Below are positions 1 to 10,382 of a stretch of 33,264 bases of DNA, in pieces. The notes below the pieces were generated by a model that saw only the letters and a list, made by a program, of their open reading frames with translations, made no database searches and was not told the origin of the DNA. Each line of letters starts with the position of its first letter. The first letter of the stretch is position 1. The translations under genes and the position numbers were made by a program. Origin of the DNA: an uncultured Spirochaetales bacterium (GTDB lineage: Bacteria > Myxococcota_A > UBA9160 > UBA6930); assembly GCA_964403555.1 (NCBI GenBank), contig CAYOGP010000001.1:1-33264 (forward strand), written 5' to 3'.

Positions 1-65
1 TTGGCGATTGTTTCTCCTAAGATACCGAATTACATACGATATTTTATAATTAAAGCCCATATTTT

Positions 66-84
66 GCCCCGATTGGGGCTTTGT
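66..84 (+). terminator. Short GC hairpin followed by a T-rich tract. It may be a weak intrinsic terminator of a gene lying left of the window.
   Basis: GCCCC (66-70), loop gatt, GGGGC (75-79), then TTTGTT. The stem is only 5 bp and no upstream CDS is visible in the window. Confidence 0.25.
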
Positions 85-101
85 TCGCCTAGGAAATATT
101 T

Positions 102-138
102 TTAAGCACTGCCTTGACGTCCTCAAAGCGGTGCTTAC
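102..138 (+). promoter_or_regulatory. CIRCE-like inverted repeat, a candidate heat-shock operator, enclosing a TTGACG -35-like hexamer upstream of groES.
   Basis: Arms TAAGCACTG (103-111) and CGGTGCTTA (129-137) are complementary at 8 of 9 positions, 7 of them contiguous. The 17-nt spacer contains TTGACG (114-119). The half-sites resemble CIRCE (TTAGCACTC-N9-GAGTGCTAA), but the spacing differs and there is one extra base. Confidence 0.3.
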
Positions 139-313
139 CTAATCGTAGTCCCCGTGTTGCCGTGATTTTCTCGTAAATGGGGGGACCCGCTCTAGATCTC
201 GATAGAGGGACCGGAGCGAGTGGGACTAAGATTGTTAACAACCTTGGGGAGCCCCGACCCATGGGCCCCAACAGGCCAACGCCCCAAGCGGGCGAGGCAG
301 GAGGGAAAGAAGT

Positions 314-2283
<1,970 letters not shown>

Positions 2284-2348
2284 CCGATTGCGGTTATTTG
2301 GGGTTAGAAAGACTCCACTGTCCCCGCTCGACACAGAGCGCAAGACTT

Positions 2349-2389
2349 AGAAAGGCTTCGAAGTATATCTTCGGAGCCTTTCTTTTTTT
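2349..2389 (+). terminator. Rho-independent terminator of groESL.
   Basis: agaaaggcttcgaag (2349-2363) pairs with cttcggagcctttct (2369-2383) over 15 bp with one G-U pair. The loop is tatat and a TTTTTT run follows at 2384-2389. Confidence 0.85.
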
Positions 2390-2463
2390 AAGATCGGGAG
2401 AGATTCCAAAGTGTAGTTGTTTGGGTTGGTGCAGATTCTCTCAGGAGAATGCATCGAACCTAG

Positions 2464-4752
2464 CTACAGTAATGCAAGTTGGCTGGGTTCCCCGAGCACC
2501 CTGGAAAAATCCTCATTAGTTTCGATCAAGATGGCATCTGCGATCGGGCGTAATACGCGATTCACATAGTGTTCGTAATCGATGTCAGTTGGTGCCATTC
2601 CTCCGGGTTCCACGTCTTGTGGTCCGTGAAGGGTCATTACATAGTGAATTATACCTCGCGTCTTTCCCGCATTTCGAGCTGCTTGCACATGTGGAGGCGT
2701 TGTTTTCGTGTACTCACTTTCACTTTTTCTTAGACGTCTTGAGTAGATAAGTTCTTCGTCAAGAACTCCAGATCGCAGTTTCAGTACAACTTCACGAGCA
2801 AAAGGCACCATTGGTTTATCCTGAAATAGTCGTTTGAGCATCCCGCGTTGAAGGCGTTTCGCTAATTGTGGCCAGTCTCTTCTTACGCTCTCTAGGCCCG
2901 TAATATGCAGGACACCTTTTTTCCATCCAGCATATCTCTTCTTGCTTCCTTTAGTTTTGTAACGAGTCCGTGGAAAAAACAATCGATCAAATATCATTTC
3001 GAGTTCTAAGTTGAGCATCGACTCGACTCCGTAAGTTTCGTTGATTCGATTGCGGATCTCTTCTTGAATTGTTTTCCGTAGACTCTCACCGCAATGCGAC
3101 TGTAAGGTCACAAAAACTGAGTCAGTATCGCCGTAAAGGACAGTCGTATCGTGTTTTTTGAAGGACTCGATAGTCCAGTGCAGAATCTTTTGACCGAATC
3201 CTGTAATCGCATTTGCAATTGCGGGTTCAAAAAAACGACAGGAAGATGCACCGAGGACACCATAAAACGAATTCATCATTATCTTGATAGCTCTATCGGA
3301 GTGACAGTCGTTTCGAGATTTAGCGTCCTCACGAGCTTTCATTAATCGCCCTATAATTTCTGGCAGAATGGCGTCGGAGACGGAAAATTTGGCACCATTC
3401 GGGGCTTCGACGGAAATGGCATCTTTTTTTCCTAACGCGTAGGCCAGCGGATCGAGGTTAAATGTTTGAATTAAGCTTGGATAGAGGCTCTTGAAATCGA
3501 AGAGTCCAACATTTCGATAGATTCCGGGCGTACTTTCGAGTACAGCTCCACCCGAAAGTTTAAGCGCCTTTTTATGTGGTGTGACACTTGGGGCCACTCT
3601 CCCTCTTTTGTTCAGTTCAGGAATGTAAAGTCTATCGAATGACGCGATGCTCCCGTTAACTCGATCCAAAGGCATACCAGTGAGCCGACTTCTCTCTACG
3701 CAGAGCTCGAATAACCCCTCCTTTTCGAGGATGTCCGTGACTAACCGGGCGTCTTCGAGGTTGTATTCCGCAAGTGCCTGGGGATCTTCTACGTATTGTC
3801 TCTGGATTTCAATCGCTTTATTTCGGGTACCTGAATCGATTAGTTTTCCTCGACCCAAGACCGACTTCGCAACGGTATCGAGCTTATAGTCTGGTAAACG
3901 TAACGCCTCTCTTGCGACGGGAAGCGCGTCGAGTGCCACCCTTCCTGGTATTGAACCCCGTGTGCGACCAAGAAATCCGGGGTCGCGATGAATTTGAATC
4001 TTTCCAGGAACTCGCCCGAAGCGTTCTTCTACGTTTTGACTTTTGCAAAATTCAGAAAGGATCCGGAGGTCGAAATCTACAAGGCTCCATCCTAGAAAGA
4101 TGTCTGGATCCAGTTCTTTGATCCGATGAAAAAATGCTTGTAGACAGTGCTTTTCATCGGGAAGGCAAATTGCGCCTTTCACGTCTTGTCTACTTACCAA
4201 GAAAACTTCCTCTATTCCGCAACCAGCTATGGCAATCGAGAAGAGAGTCTTCGCGTTGGGCGAAGTTTCGATATCAATTGAAAGAGTTCGTAGTTTTGGT
4301 CGAAAGCTGGGGTTTGATGTGATGCGAGGATTGCGGAAGAGCAAGAGTCTATCAAACTCAGTTGGCTTTCCCTGAATCGAAACACCGCCTCGGATTCCTC
4401 GCGTCATTAGGTATCTGGAAGCAAAAGGTATGTCGGCTTCGTAAACATTAAGATTATCGGAGATGAGTTGATCACGTATGTACGGTATTTCTCCTGGGGT
4501 TTTTGCAAGTACCCTTAAAACCTTGCCACCGCTAAGGTTTGTGGATTTGACTGGTTCGATGCGAAGATTACTATTACTTCTGATAACTTCAGCATCGCCC
4601 TTATCTATGTAAAAAAACGGCTGCTCTCTGTCATCTTCTACTAAGAAGGCTCTTCCATTTTCTAGCTTTCCAAAAACCTGAATAATGGGTGAGTTCTGCA
4701 GGATTCGATAGCGAGCTTGCAGTACGAATCCATGGAAGAGCGTTGGTGGCAT
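2464..4752 (-). CDS. polB: Family-B DNA polymerase (bacterial Pol II type) with intact 3'-5' exonuclease motifs.
   Basis: 762-aa ORF. Motifs seen: ExoI SIDIETS, ExoII VDFDLRIL, ExoIII YNLEDA, Pol A DFKSLYPS, Pol B KIMMNSFYG, Pol C YGDTDS. The start codon is ATG. Confidence 0.93.
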   Translation of the reverse strand: MPPTLFHGFVLQARYRILQNSPIIQVFGKLENGRAFLVEDDREQPFFYIDKGDAEVIRSNSNLRIEPVKSTNLSGGKVLRVLAKTPGEIPYIRDQLISDNLNVYEADIPFASRYLMTRGIRGGVSIQGKPTEFDRLLLFRNPRITSNPSFRPKLRTLSIDIETSPNAKTLFSIAIAGCGIEEVFLVSRQDVKGAICLPDEKHCLQAFFHRIKELDPDIFLGWSLVDFDLRILSEFCKSQNVEERFGRVPGKIQIHRDPGFLGRTRGSIPGRVALDALPVAREALRLPDYKLDTVAKSVLGRGKLIDSGTRNKAIEIQRQYVEDPQALAEYNLEDARLVTDILEKEGLFELCVERSRLTGMPLDRVNGSIASFDRLYIPELNKRGRVAPSVTPHKKALKLSGGAVLESTPGIYRNVGLFDFKSLYPSLIQTFNLDPLAYALGKKDAISVEAPNGAKFSVSDAILPEIIGRLMKAREDAKSRNDCHSDRAIKIMMNSFYGVLGASSCRFFEPAIANAITGFGQKILHWTIESFKKHDTTVLYGDTDSVFVTLQSHCGESLRKTIQEEIRNRINETYGVESMLNLELEMIFDRLFFPRTRYKTKGSKKRYAGWKKGVLHITGLESVRRDWPQLAKRLQRGMLKRLFQDKPMVPFAREVVLKLRSGVLDEELIYSRRLRKSESEYTKTTPPHVQAARNAGKTRGIIHYVMTLHGPQDVEPGGMAPTDIDYEHYVNRVLRPIADAILIETNEDFSRVLGEPSQLALL

Positions 4753-4762
4753 ACCAAGATAC

Positions 4763-5638
4763 CTACCTGAACAAAAGCCGAGCCAGTTCTTTACGGAAGT
4801 GCTCTGTTAGCTCGTGGTTTGGTCCCAAAAGTTCAAAAATATCCAACATACGTTTTCTTGCAGCTTCTTCCGAAAACAGCCGATCTTGACGGATTACTTC
4901 AAGGAGATTTTCTAACGCCTCCTGATAATGCATGTCTGAGGCAAGAGCGAGTCCAAGATCAAGACGAACCTGTAAGTCCTTTGGGTTCTCCCTTAAAGCA
5001 TTTTTCAGTTGTTGGGTATCTCCTGCTGAGGCCTTTGTTCTAATTATTGCAGCTACTCGTTCCGCGTCTTTTTGTTCTGAGGTCCCGAAAGGGATTCGTT
5101 CTAATAATTCGAGGGCGGCGGAGAGTTTTTCATCTTCTGCCTCAGGTGCACTCTCAGAAATTAGTTTGGCTAGCCCCAGGAGTGCTGAAGGTTCATTAGG
5201 ATTTTTCTCTAGTGACTTACGAAAGGCTTCTTCTGCCGCATTCAAATGACCAGAGTCTGCTAGCTCTTTGGCCTCTCGAGCTAGAAACCAGGCTTTGCCT
5301 GGAATCAAGTCACTTATGAACTCTCTAAGAATGGTTTCGGGTTGCGCTCCAACGGCTTCTTTCAGTGGCTTTCCTTGCCAAAACCCTAGAATGGTGGGAA
5401 TACTTTGAACCTTGAACTGCTGGGCCAAACCCTGAGCCTCGTCTACATTTACTTTGGCGAGGATAAATTTCCCTGAAAACTCGTTCGCTAACTTCTCTAG
5501 TAAAGGTCCTAGGGTGCGACAGGGACCACACCAGGGGGCCCAGAAGTCGACAACAATTGGAATGCTGTGGGAACGTGTGATCACAAGGTCTGGGAATTGC
5601 TCTTCCGTGAGGGACTCGACCCAACTTTCTCTAGTCAT
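4763..5638 (-). CDS. Thioredoxin-domain protein with a C-terminal TPR-like helical domain (YbbN/CnoX-type architecture), redox-active CGPC retained.
   Basis: 291-aa ORF with an N-terminal [12 protein letters not shown] thioredoxin motif followed by about 180 aa of helical repeats. The stop lies 10 nt upstream of the polB ATG on the same strand. Confidence 0.85.
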   Translation of the reverse strand: MTRESWVESLTEEQFPDLVITRSHSIPIVVDFWAPWCGPCRTLGPLLEKLANEFSGKFILAKVNVDEAQGLAQQFKVQSIPTILGFWQGKPLKEAVGAQPETILREFISDLIPGKAWFLAREAKELADSGHLNAAEEAFRKSLEKNPNEPSALLGLAKLISESAPEAEDEKLSAALELLERIPFGTSEQKDAERVAAIIRTKASAGDTQQLKNALRENPKDLQVRLDLGLALASDMHYQEALENLLEVIRQDRLFSEEAARKRMLDIFELLGPNHELTEHFRKELARLLFR

Positions 5639-5785
5639 AGTCTGTACGTTGCTCGATTCTTAGCGAACTCACAAGTGGTCCCCGTGGGTACTTTGAAGGA
5701 TCTCCCGCCTCTGCGTGGAAGAAGACGTGAGCTGAGATACCCTAGACTTGAGAGAGCCTCGATAGCGAAGGCCAGGAGGAGATAT

Positions 5786-6136
5786 ATGCCTTGGGTGATT
5801 ACGAAACTCTGCCGAGATTGCGTGGACCAATCGTGTGTGGAGGTTTGTCCGGTCGATTGTATTTATGGTTATGCTGGAGATGCATCGGACGTCCCGAATC
5901 AATTATTTATTAATCCCGAAGAATGCATTGATTGTGGGGTTTGTGAGCCCGAATGCCCTTGGGAGGCCATTTACGAAGATGAGCGAGTCCCCGAGGTATT
6001 CTCCGACGACGTTGCAAGTAATGCCCGGGTTGCAGACGAACAGGATAGCTTCGCCGTCCCCGAGGTAGACGAAAAAGATAAACCTTCGGAAGATCAGATA
6101 AAGGCGAACAAAGAAAAGTGGAATCTGAACGATTAG
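5786..6136 (+). CDS. 7Fe-type (3Fe-4S plus 4Fe-4S) ferredoxin, FdxA-like.
   Basis: ATG at 5786 is preceded by AGGAGGA (5774-5780). Cysteine motifs [17 protein letters not shown] and [12 protein letters not shown] are present. The ORF-track start at 5567 would overlap the divergent thioredoxin gene, so I rejected it. Confidence 0.85.
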   Translation: MPWVITKLCRDCVDQSCVEVCPVDCIYGYAGDASDVPNQLFINPEECIDCGVCEPECPWEAIYEDERVPEVFSDDVASNARVADEQDSFAVPEVDEKDKPSEDQIKANKEKWNLND

Positions 6137-7158
6137 GTAGCGCCTCCGAAGATTTCCTTGGCAGGAAACTTAGAGACCTGAGGATTTCAGTAACGGACAG
6201 GTGCAACTTCCGTTGCCCTTACTGCATGCCGGCGGAAATTTTTGGTGAGAGTTATCCGTTTTTACCGAAAAAGGAAATTCTTTCCTTTGAGGAAATCTCG
6301 CGCCTTGCAAATCTGTTTGTCGCACTTGGTGTGAGTAAGTTGCGTATTACGGGCGGAGAGCCCCTTTTGCGTGTTGAATTGCCGAGACTGATAAAGATCC
6401 TCGCTGGCCTTCCTGGTCATCCTGATCTGGCTCTTACGACTAACGCGTATCTTTTGGAGGCTAATGCGGAGAAACTTTTCTCCGCCGGTTTAAGAAGAAT
6501 CACAATTTCTCTTGACGGTTGCGACGAGGAGACCTTCCAGGCAATGACTGGTAGGCATGCAGATCTTTCTCGGGTTTTGAGAGGAATAAGCGCTGCTGAG
6601 AAAGTGGGATTCTCTCCATTAAAGATCAATTGTGTCGTCCGAAAAAACGTAAACCAGCATGTCATACTTCCAATGGCCGAGAAATTTAGAGGAACGGGAC
6701 ATATTCTTCGTTTTATAGAGTTCATGGATGTAGGAACTCGAAATGGCTGGGACCTATCTCAGGTTGTGACAGCTAAGGAAATAGTTGAGTGTCTTGATAA
6801 GGCATATGGATTGGAGGCACTAGAACCGAACTATACGGGAGAGGTTGCCAGGCGCTATCGATACGCTGATGGCGCGGGCGAGATAGGTATTATTGCCTCG
6901 GTGACCGCACCTTTTTGTGGGGATTGTAGTCGGGCTCGGATAACTGCAGATGGTCGATTGGTAACTTGTCTCTTTTCCGAAGAGGGCTTTGATCTAAAAA
7001 CTTTTTTAAGAACTGGTGCTGAAGACGAAGAGATCTTAGAGAAGATTGCGGGGGTATGGGGTCTCCGACGAGATCGTTATTCCGAAGAGCGTACTCACCT
7101 GACAAACCTAGGTAGGTCGCCTCGAAGTAAGATTGAGATGTTTCAGGTAGGCGGATAA
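6118..7158 (+). CDS. moaA: GTP 3',8-cyclase MoaA (radical SAM, molybdenum cofactor biosynthesis).
   Basis: 346-aa ORF with [18 protein letters not shown] (CxxxCxxC), ITGGEPLL and the C-terminal auxiliary-cluster motif [17 protein letters not shown] at 6118 is the only standard in-frame start and overlaps the ferredoxin 3' end by 19 nt. Confidence 0.93.
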   Translation: MESERLGSASEDFLGRKLRDLRISVTDRCNFRCPYCMPAEIFGESYPFLPKKEILSFEEISRLANLFVALGVSKLRITGGEPLLRVELPRLIKILAGLPGHPDLALTTNAYLLEANAEKLFSAGLRRITISLDGCDEETFQAMTGRHADLSRVLRGISAAEKVGFSPLKINCVVRKNVNQHVILPMAEKFRGTGHILRFIEFMDVGTRNGWDLSQVVTAKEIVECLDKAYGLEALEPNYTGEVARRYRYADGAGEIGIIASVTAPFCGDCSRARITADGRLVTCLFSEEGFDLKTFLRTGAEDEEILEKIAGVWGLRRDRYSEERTHLTNLGRSPRSKIEMFQVGG

Positions 7159-7183
7159 GTTTGTCGACACAGACAATTACTAG

Positions 7184-7204
7184 TCCATTGAATGATTCAA
7201 TGGA
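7184..7204. promoter_or_regulatory. Perfect 21-bp palindrome, a candidate operator for a dimeric repressor with 7-1-7 Fur-family-like architecture.
   Basis: TCCATTGAAT-g-ATTCAATGGA has 10-bp arms with no mismatch, centred on G7194. It ends 33 nt upstream of the ATG at 7237. About 0.03 such palindromes are expected by chance in 33 kb. Confidence 0.5.
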
Positions 7205-7236
7205 TTCCTACTGGACATTTAGAGTATGCTAGTCGC

Positions 7237-8160
7237 ATGAGTATAAGAGCAGGTGTCGGTTTTGCGAATTTTCCTTTTAAGAGTGCAAAGGCCTATCTAG
7301 ACTTCGCGAGATTTTGTGACGTATCGGGGATAGATAGCATTTGGCAGACGGATCGGTTGCAATCCGAAGAGCCATTTCTGGAAGCAATGTCCGCTCTGGC
7401 CGTTGTAGCGGGTACGACCCAAAAAATAAAATTTGGCATGAATGCGGTAGTTGTAGGCTTCAGAGATCCTTTAGTTTTGGCAAAGCAATGTGCAACGATC
7501 GATTATCTCTCCGGGGGTCGTCTTTTACCGGTGTTTGGAATAGGCGCTCCTGCTTCCCCAGAGTGGAAGGCGACTGGACGAGAAACGAAGAATAGAGGCA
7601 AAGCAGCAAACGAAGCACTGGAAATTATTCGAAGGCTATGGACCGAAGAGTCCGTGACCTTTGAAGGAGAGTTCTATCAGTATCGGGGAGCGAGCATTTC
7701 TCCGCGACCAGTCCAGGATCCCTTACCGTTATGGATAGGTGGAAGTAGTCCAGCTGCACAAAGGAGAACGGCGACTTTGGGAACTGGCTGGATCGGTGGT
7801 CTTAACACTCCTGACGAGGTTGGTGAGACGATCAGAGGCATTCAAGGTGAGCTTAAAACTAATGGTAGGTACATTGATCCCGATCACTTTGGTGCAAGTA
7901 TTCCCTTTCATATAGGGGACGCGAGCGATGTGGATATAGAAAGTCAGTATTTAGGGCAAGCCGCTCGAAACGCCGGACTAAATATGGATGATGTCTTTGC
8001 AGTGGGTGAGCCGGAGAGAATTTCGGATCGACTGAACCAATATGTTGCTCAAGGTGCGTCCAAGATTGTTTTGTTCCCGGCAGTTGAGGACGAGGAATCT
8101 ATAATGCATCAGACCCGATTACTGGTTGACAAGGTTTTGCCAAATGTTGAAGACCGTTAA
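7237..8160 (+). CDS. Luciferase-like (LLM class) flavin- or F420-dependent oxidoreductase.
   Basis: The sequence has LLM-family character (MSIRAGVGFANFP..., IDYLSGGRLLPVFGIG, PLWIGGSSPAA). The start is ambiguous: ATG 7192 lies inside the palindrome, and ATG 7237 gives a family-typical N-terminus. Cofactor and substrate cannot be read from sequence. Confidence 0.8.
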   Translation: MSIRAGVGFANFPFKSAKAYLDFARFCDVSGIDSIWQTDRLQSEEPFLEAMSALAVVAGTTQKIKFGMNAVVVGFRDPLVLAKQCATIDYLSGGRLLPVFGIGAPASPEWKATGRETKNRGKAANEALEIIRRLWTEESVTFEGEFYQYRGASISPRPVQDPLPLWIGGSSPAAQRRTATLGTGWIGGLNTPDEVGETIRGIQGELKTNGRYIDPDHFGASIPFHIGDASDVDIESQYLGQAARNAGLNMDDVFAVGEPERISDRLNQYVAQGASKIVLFPAVEDEESIMHQTRLLVDKVLPNVEDR

Positions 8161-8162
8161 GC

Positions 8163-9041
8163 ATGCCCAGGGCACAAGTAAACGAGATTATTATCGAGTA
8201 CGATACATTCGGTCGGAATGACGCCGATCCCCTCCTGCTTGTAATGGGCCTGGGCGCGCAGCTCGTATTTTGGGAAGAAGAATTCTGCGAATCTCTTGCG
8301 AATAAAGGTTTCTACGTCATACGTTTCGATAATCGCGATTGCGGTTTATCTACAAAGTTTGATAAGGCTGATGTTCCCAGTTTAAAGACGCTCATGTCTA
8401 ACGATCATTCCAATGAAGCTGTTGCTTTGCCTTACACAATGGATGACTTAGCCGATGACTGCATTGGTTTGCTCGATGCACTAGGAATTCAATCGGCACA
8501 TTTGGTGGGTGCTTCGATGGGCGGAATGATCGTTCAAACCGTTGGATGGAGGCACCGTGAGCGGGTTCGCAGCATAACCTCGATTATGTCGACTACGGGA
8601 GATCCATCCTTGCCCCCTCCCTCCCCCGAGGCTCTGTCGGTTCTTTTCCCCCCGCCTGTTTCTGGTAAGGATGAATACGTAGAAAACGCACTTAAAAGTT
8701 GGGAAGTCGTTCGCGGAAGTGGGTACGTTCAGGACATCGATAGAATCCGTAAACGTTCGGAAAGATCTTGGGATCGTTGTTACGCTCCAGAAGGAGTTGA
8801 GCGGCAGATGGCAGCCATACTAGGCCAGGGTAGCCGTAAAGCTCAACTATCAGAACTTTCAGTGCCCTTTCTTGTCATACACGGGACGGACGATCCTTTA
8901 CTTTCACAAGAATGTGGTCAGGATACGGCGGACACTGTTTCGGGCGCTGAAATTATTTTAATAGACGGTATGGGACATGACATGCCAAGAGAAACCTGGC
9001 CAATAATTATCAACGGCATTGCCAACTTAGCTTTAGCGTAA
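8163..9041 (+). CDS. Alpha/beta-fold hydrolase.
   Basis: 292-aa ORF with the nucleophile elbow LVGASMGG (GxSxG), an N-terminal LLLVMGLG oxyanion region and a C-terminal GMGHDMP catalytic His. It starts 2 nt after the LLM stop. Confidence 0.85.
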   Translation: MPRAQVNEIIIEYDTFGRNDADPLLLVMGLGAQLVFWEEEFCESLANKGFYVIRFDNRDCGLSTKFDKADVPSLKTLMSNDHSNEAVALPYTMDDLADDCIGLLDALGIQSAHLVGASMGGMIVQTVGWRHRERVRSITSIMSTTGDPSLPPPSPEALSVLFPPPVSGKDEYVENALKSWEVVRGSGYVQDIDRIRKRSERSWDRCYAPEGVERQMAAILGQGSRKAQLSELSVPFLVIHGTDDPLLSQECGQDTADTVSGAEIILIDGMGHDMPRETWPIIINGIANLALA

Positions 9042-9063
9042 GTTGGTATGGAGACTTACTTCT

Positions 9064-9711
9064 ATGAATTTGTTGAAAGCCATTCAAAGTAATATTACGT
9101 GTAGGTACTACAAAGACGACCTCGTGCAAGATGAGGTGCTAGCTCGAGTGTTTGATGCCGCTCGTTATGCGCCAAACGGAGGGAATCGACAGCCTGTTCG
9201 CTTTATTGCTGTTCGAAATGAAGTAGCAAAAAAAACTTTGCGAGATCTCTACTTGCCCTACTGGCGAGACTATACGAAAGGTATTGATCTAGGTGAGATT
9301 AAGGTGAACAGTGTCCGGCGCATGCTCGAGGATGCAAATTATTTCGCAGATAATTTGCATACCGTTCCCGTGATCGTAGTTGTATGTGCAAAATTGCAGG
9401 ATGTTCACCCTACAGACCATGAATTAGGACGGCTATCGATCGTTGGTGGAGCATCCGTATATCCAGCGGTTCAAAATATGTTATTGGCCGCTCGGATGGA
9501 GGGCCTTGGGACTGCACTGACGACGCTGCTTTGTCACGAGGAACCTAAGGTCAAAGAGCTCTTGGGTATCCCGGAAGATATTTCTACTGCAGCCCATATC
9601 ACTCTTGGTTACCCACAGAAGGATTTTCCAAAAAAGCTGGTGCGGCGACCTTTGAGCGAGAGTGTTTTTTCAGAACGTTATGGGAATTCCCTTTCTGGAA
9701 TAGAGAGCTAG
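9064..9711 (+). CDS. Nitroreductase-family flavoprotein.
   Basis: Nitroreductase-fold pattern: ARYAPNGGNRQPVRFIAV and GGASVYPAVQNMLLAARMEGLG. I prefer the ATG at 9064; the ORF-track start at 9043 is TTG. Confidence 0.82.
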   Translation: MNLLKAIQSNITCRYYKDDLVQDEVLARVFDAARYAPNGGNRQPVRFIAVRNEVAKKTLRDLYLPYWRDYTKGIDLGEIKVNSVRRMLEDANYFADNLHTVPVIVVVCAKLQDVHPTDHELGRLSIVGGASVYPAVQNMLLAARMEGLGTALTTLLCHEEPKVKELLGIPEDISTAAHITLGYPQKDFPKKLVRRPLSESVFSERYGNSLSGIES

Positions 9712-9780
9712 TCAATCTACTTTCTTGGTAGCCCGCGACGGATGTTTTGAAGGCCGCGAACGATATAATGCAAAAGGATC

Positions 9781-10173
9781 CTAGTCTTTTATGAGGGCTA
9801 CGGCCTCAATTTCAATTAACAACTGGGGCAGCATAAGCGCCTTAACTTCTACTGCCGTACTTGCAGGCGCAGGCTCCGAGAGAAGTTTTGCACGTACTTC
9901 GTGAGTTTCCGCTAGTCTGCTCATATCAGTAGTGAATATGGTGATTTTCACTATATCGGCTAGTGAAGATTTGCATTTCTCCAAGATAGTTTCGATATTT
10001 TTAAATACCTGTTGGGTCTGAGCCTTCATGTTATCTCGGCCCACGACGTTCCCGGTCTCGTCAAGCGCTACTTGGCCCGAAATATAAACGGTGTTGTCAG
10101 CCTTAATTGCCTGCGAGAAAATAAAGTCGTCATCCCACGTCCAGTTAGGGTCGATTCCTATCTTATTAGTCAT
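9781..10173 (-). CDS. RidA/YjgF/UK114-family reactive-intermediate deaminase-like protein.
   Basis: 130-aa ORF with VYISGQVALDETGNVVG, QTQQVFKNIETIL and a C-terminal IEIEAVA, all typical of the family. Confidence 0.85.
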   Translation of the reverse strand: MTNKIGIDPNWTWDDDFIFSQAIKADNTVYISGQVALDETGNVVGRDNMKAQTQQVFKNIETILEKCKSSLADIVKITIFTTDMSRLAETHEVRAKLLSEPAPASTAVEVKALMLPQLLIEIEAVALIKD

Positions 10174-10382
10174 AAAAGTTCACCTCGATGCTTCGTGACG
10201 AGTGCGTTAGGAGATGATAACTATTTTTTTAGGCCTTTAACCAAAAAGGCGAGTAATAAGAACGGGCTGTGGAAAGGCCCACGAATGGCCTAATAAGGTG
10301 GAAGGAGGACATGGAGTCGAGGTAGTATCACCTAGAACAATATTCTCTGTAAAAAAGCACCTAGTTGGCATAGGAGGAATTC

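Noticed and set aside
1-60. A minus-strand reading frame that is open from ATG (58-60) to the left edge (MGFNYKISYVIRYLRRNNRQ...).
   Set aside because: Only 20 codons are visible, in a very AT-rich stretch that looks intergenic. There is no recognisable motif and only a weak Shine-Dalgarno sequence. This is not enough to call a gene.
232-241. 10-bp palindrome TTGTTAACAA in the groES leader.
   Set aside because: Palindromes with 5-bp arms are expected about 30 times by chance in a 33-kb window.
2446-2466. GGTTCGAT on the minus strand, resembling a tRNA T-loop.
   Set aside because: The flanking bases cannot form a T-stem or acceptor stem. The string overlaps the polB stop region.
5567-5785. 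N-terminal 73-codon extension of the ferredoxin ORF given in the ORF track.
   Set aside because: It overlaps the divergent thioredoxin gene and has no ferredoxin-like sequence. The internal ATG at 5786 has a strong AGGAGGA Shine-Dalgarno sequence and gives a canonical ferredoxin N-terminus.
5639-5785. Possible Moco riboswitch in the 147-nt leader ahead of fdx-moaA.
   Set aside because: I could find only a 6-bp anti-SD/SD pairing (ATCTCC 5700-5705 with GGAGAT 5778-5783) and none of the multi-stem architecture. I cannot support it by eye. An Infernal scan with Rfam MOCO_RNA_motif would settle it.
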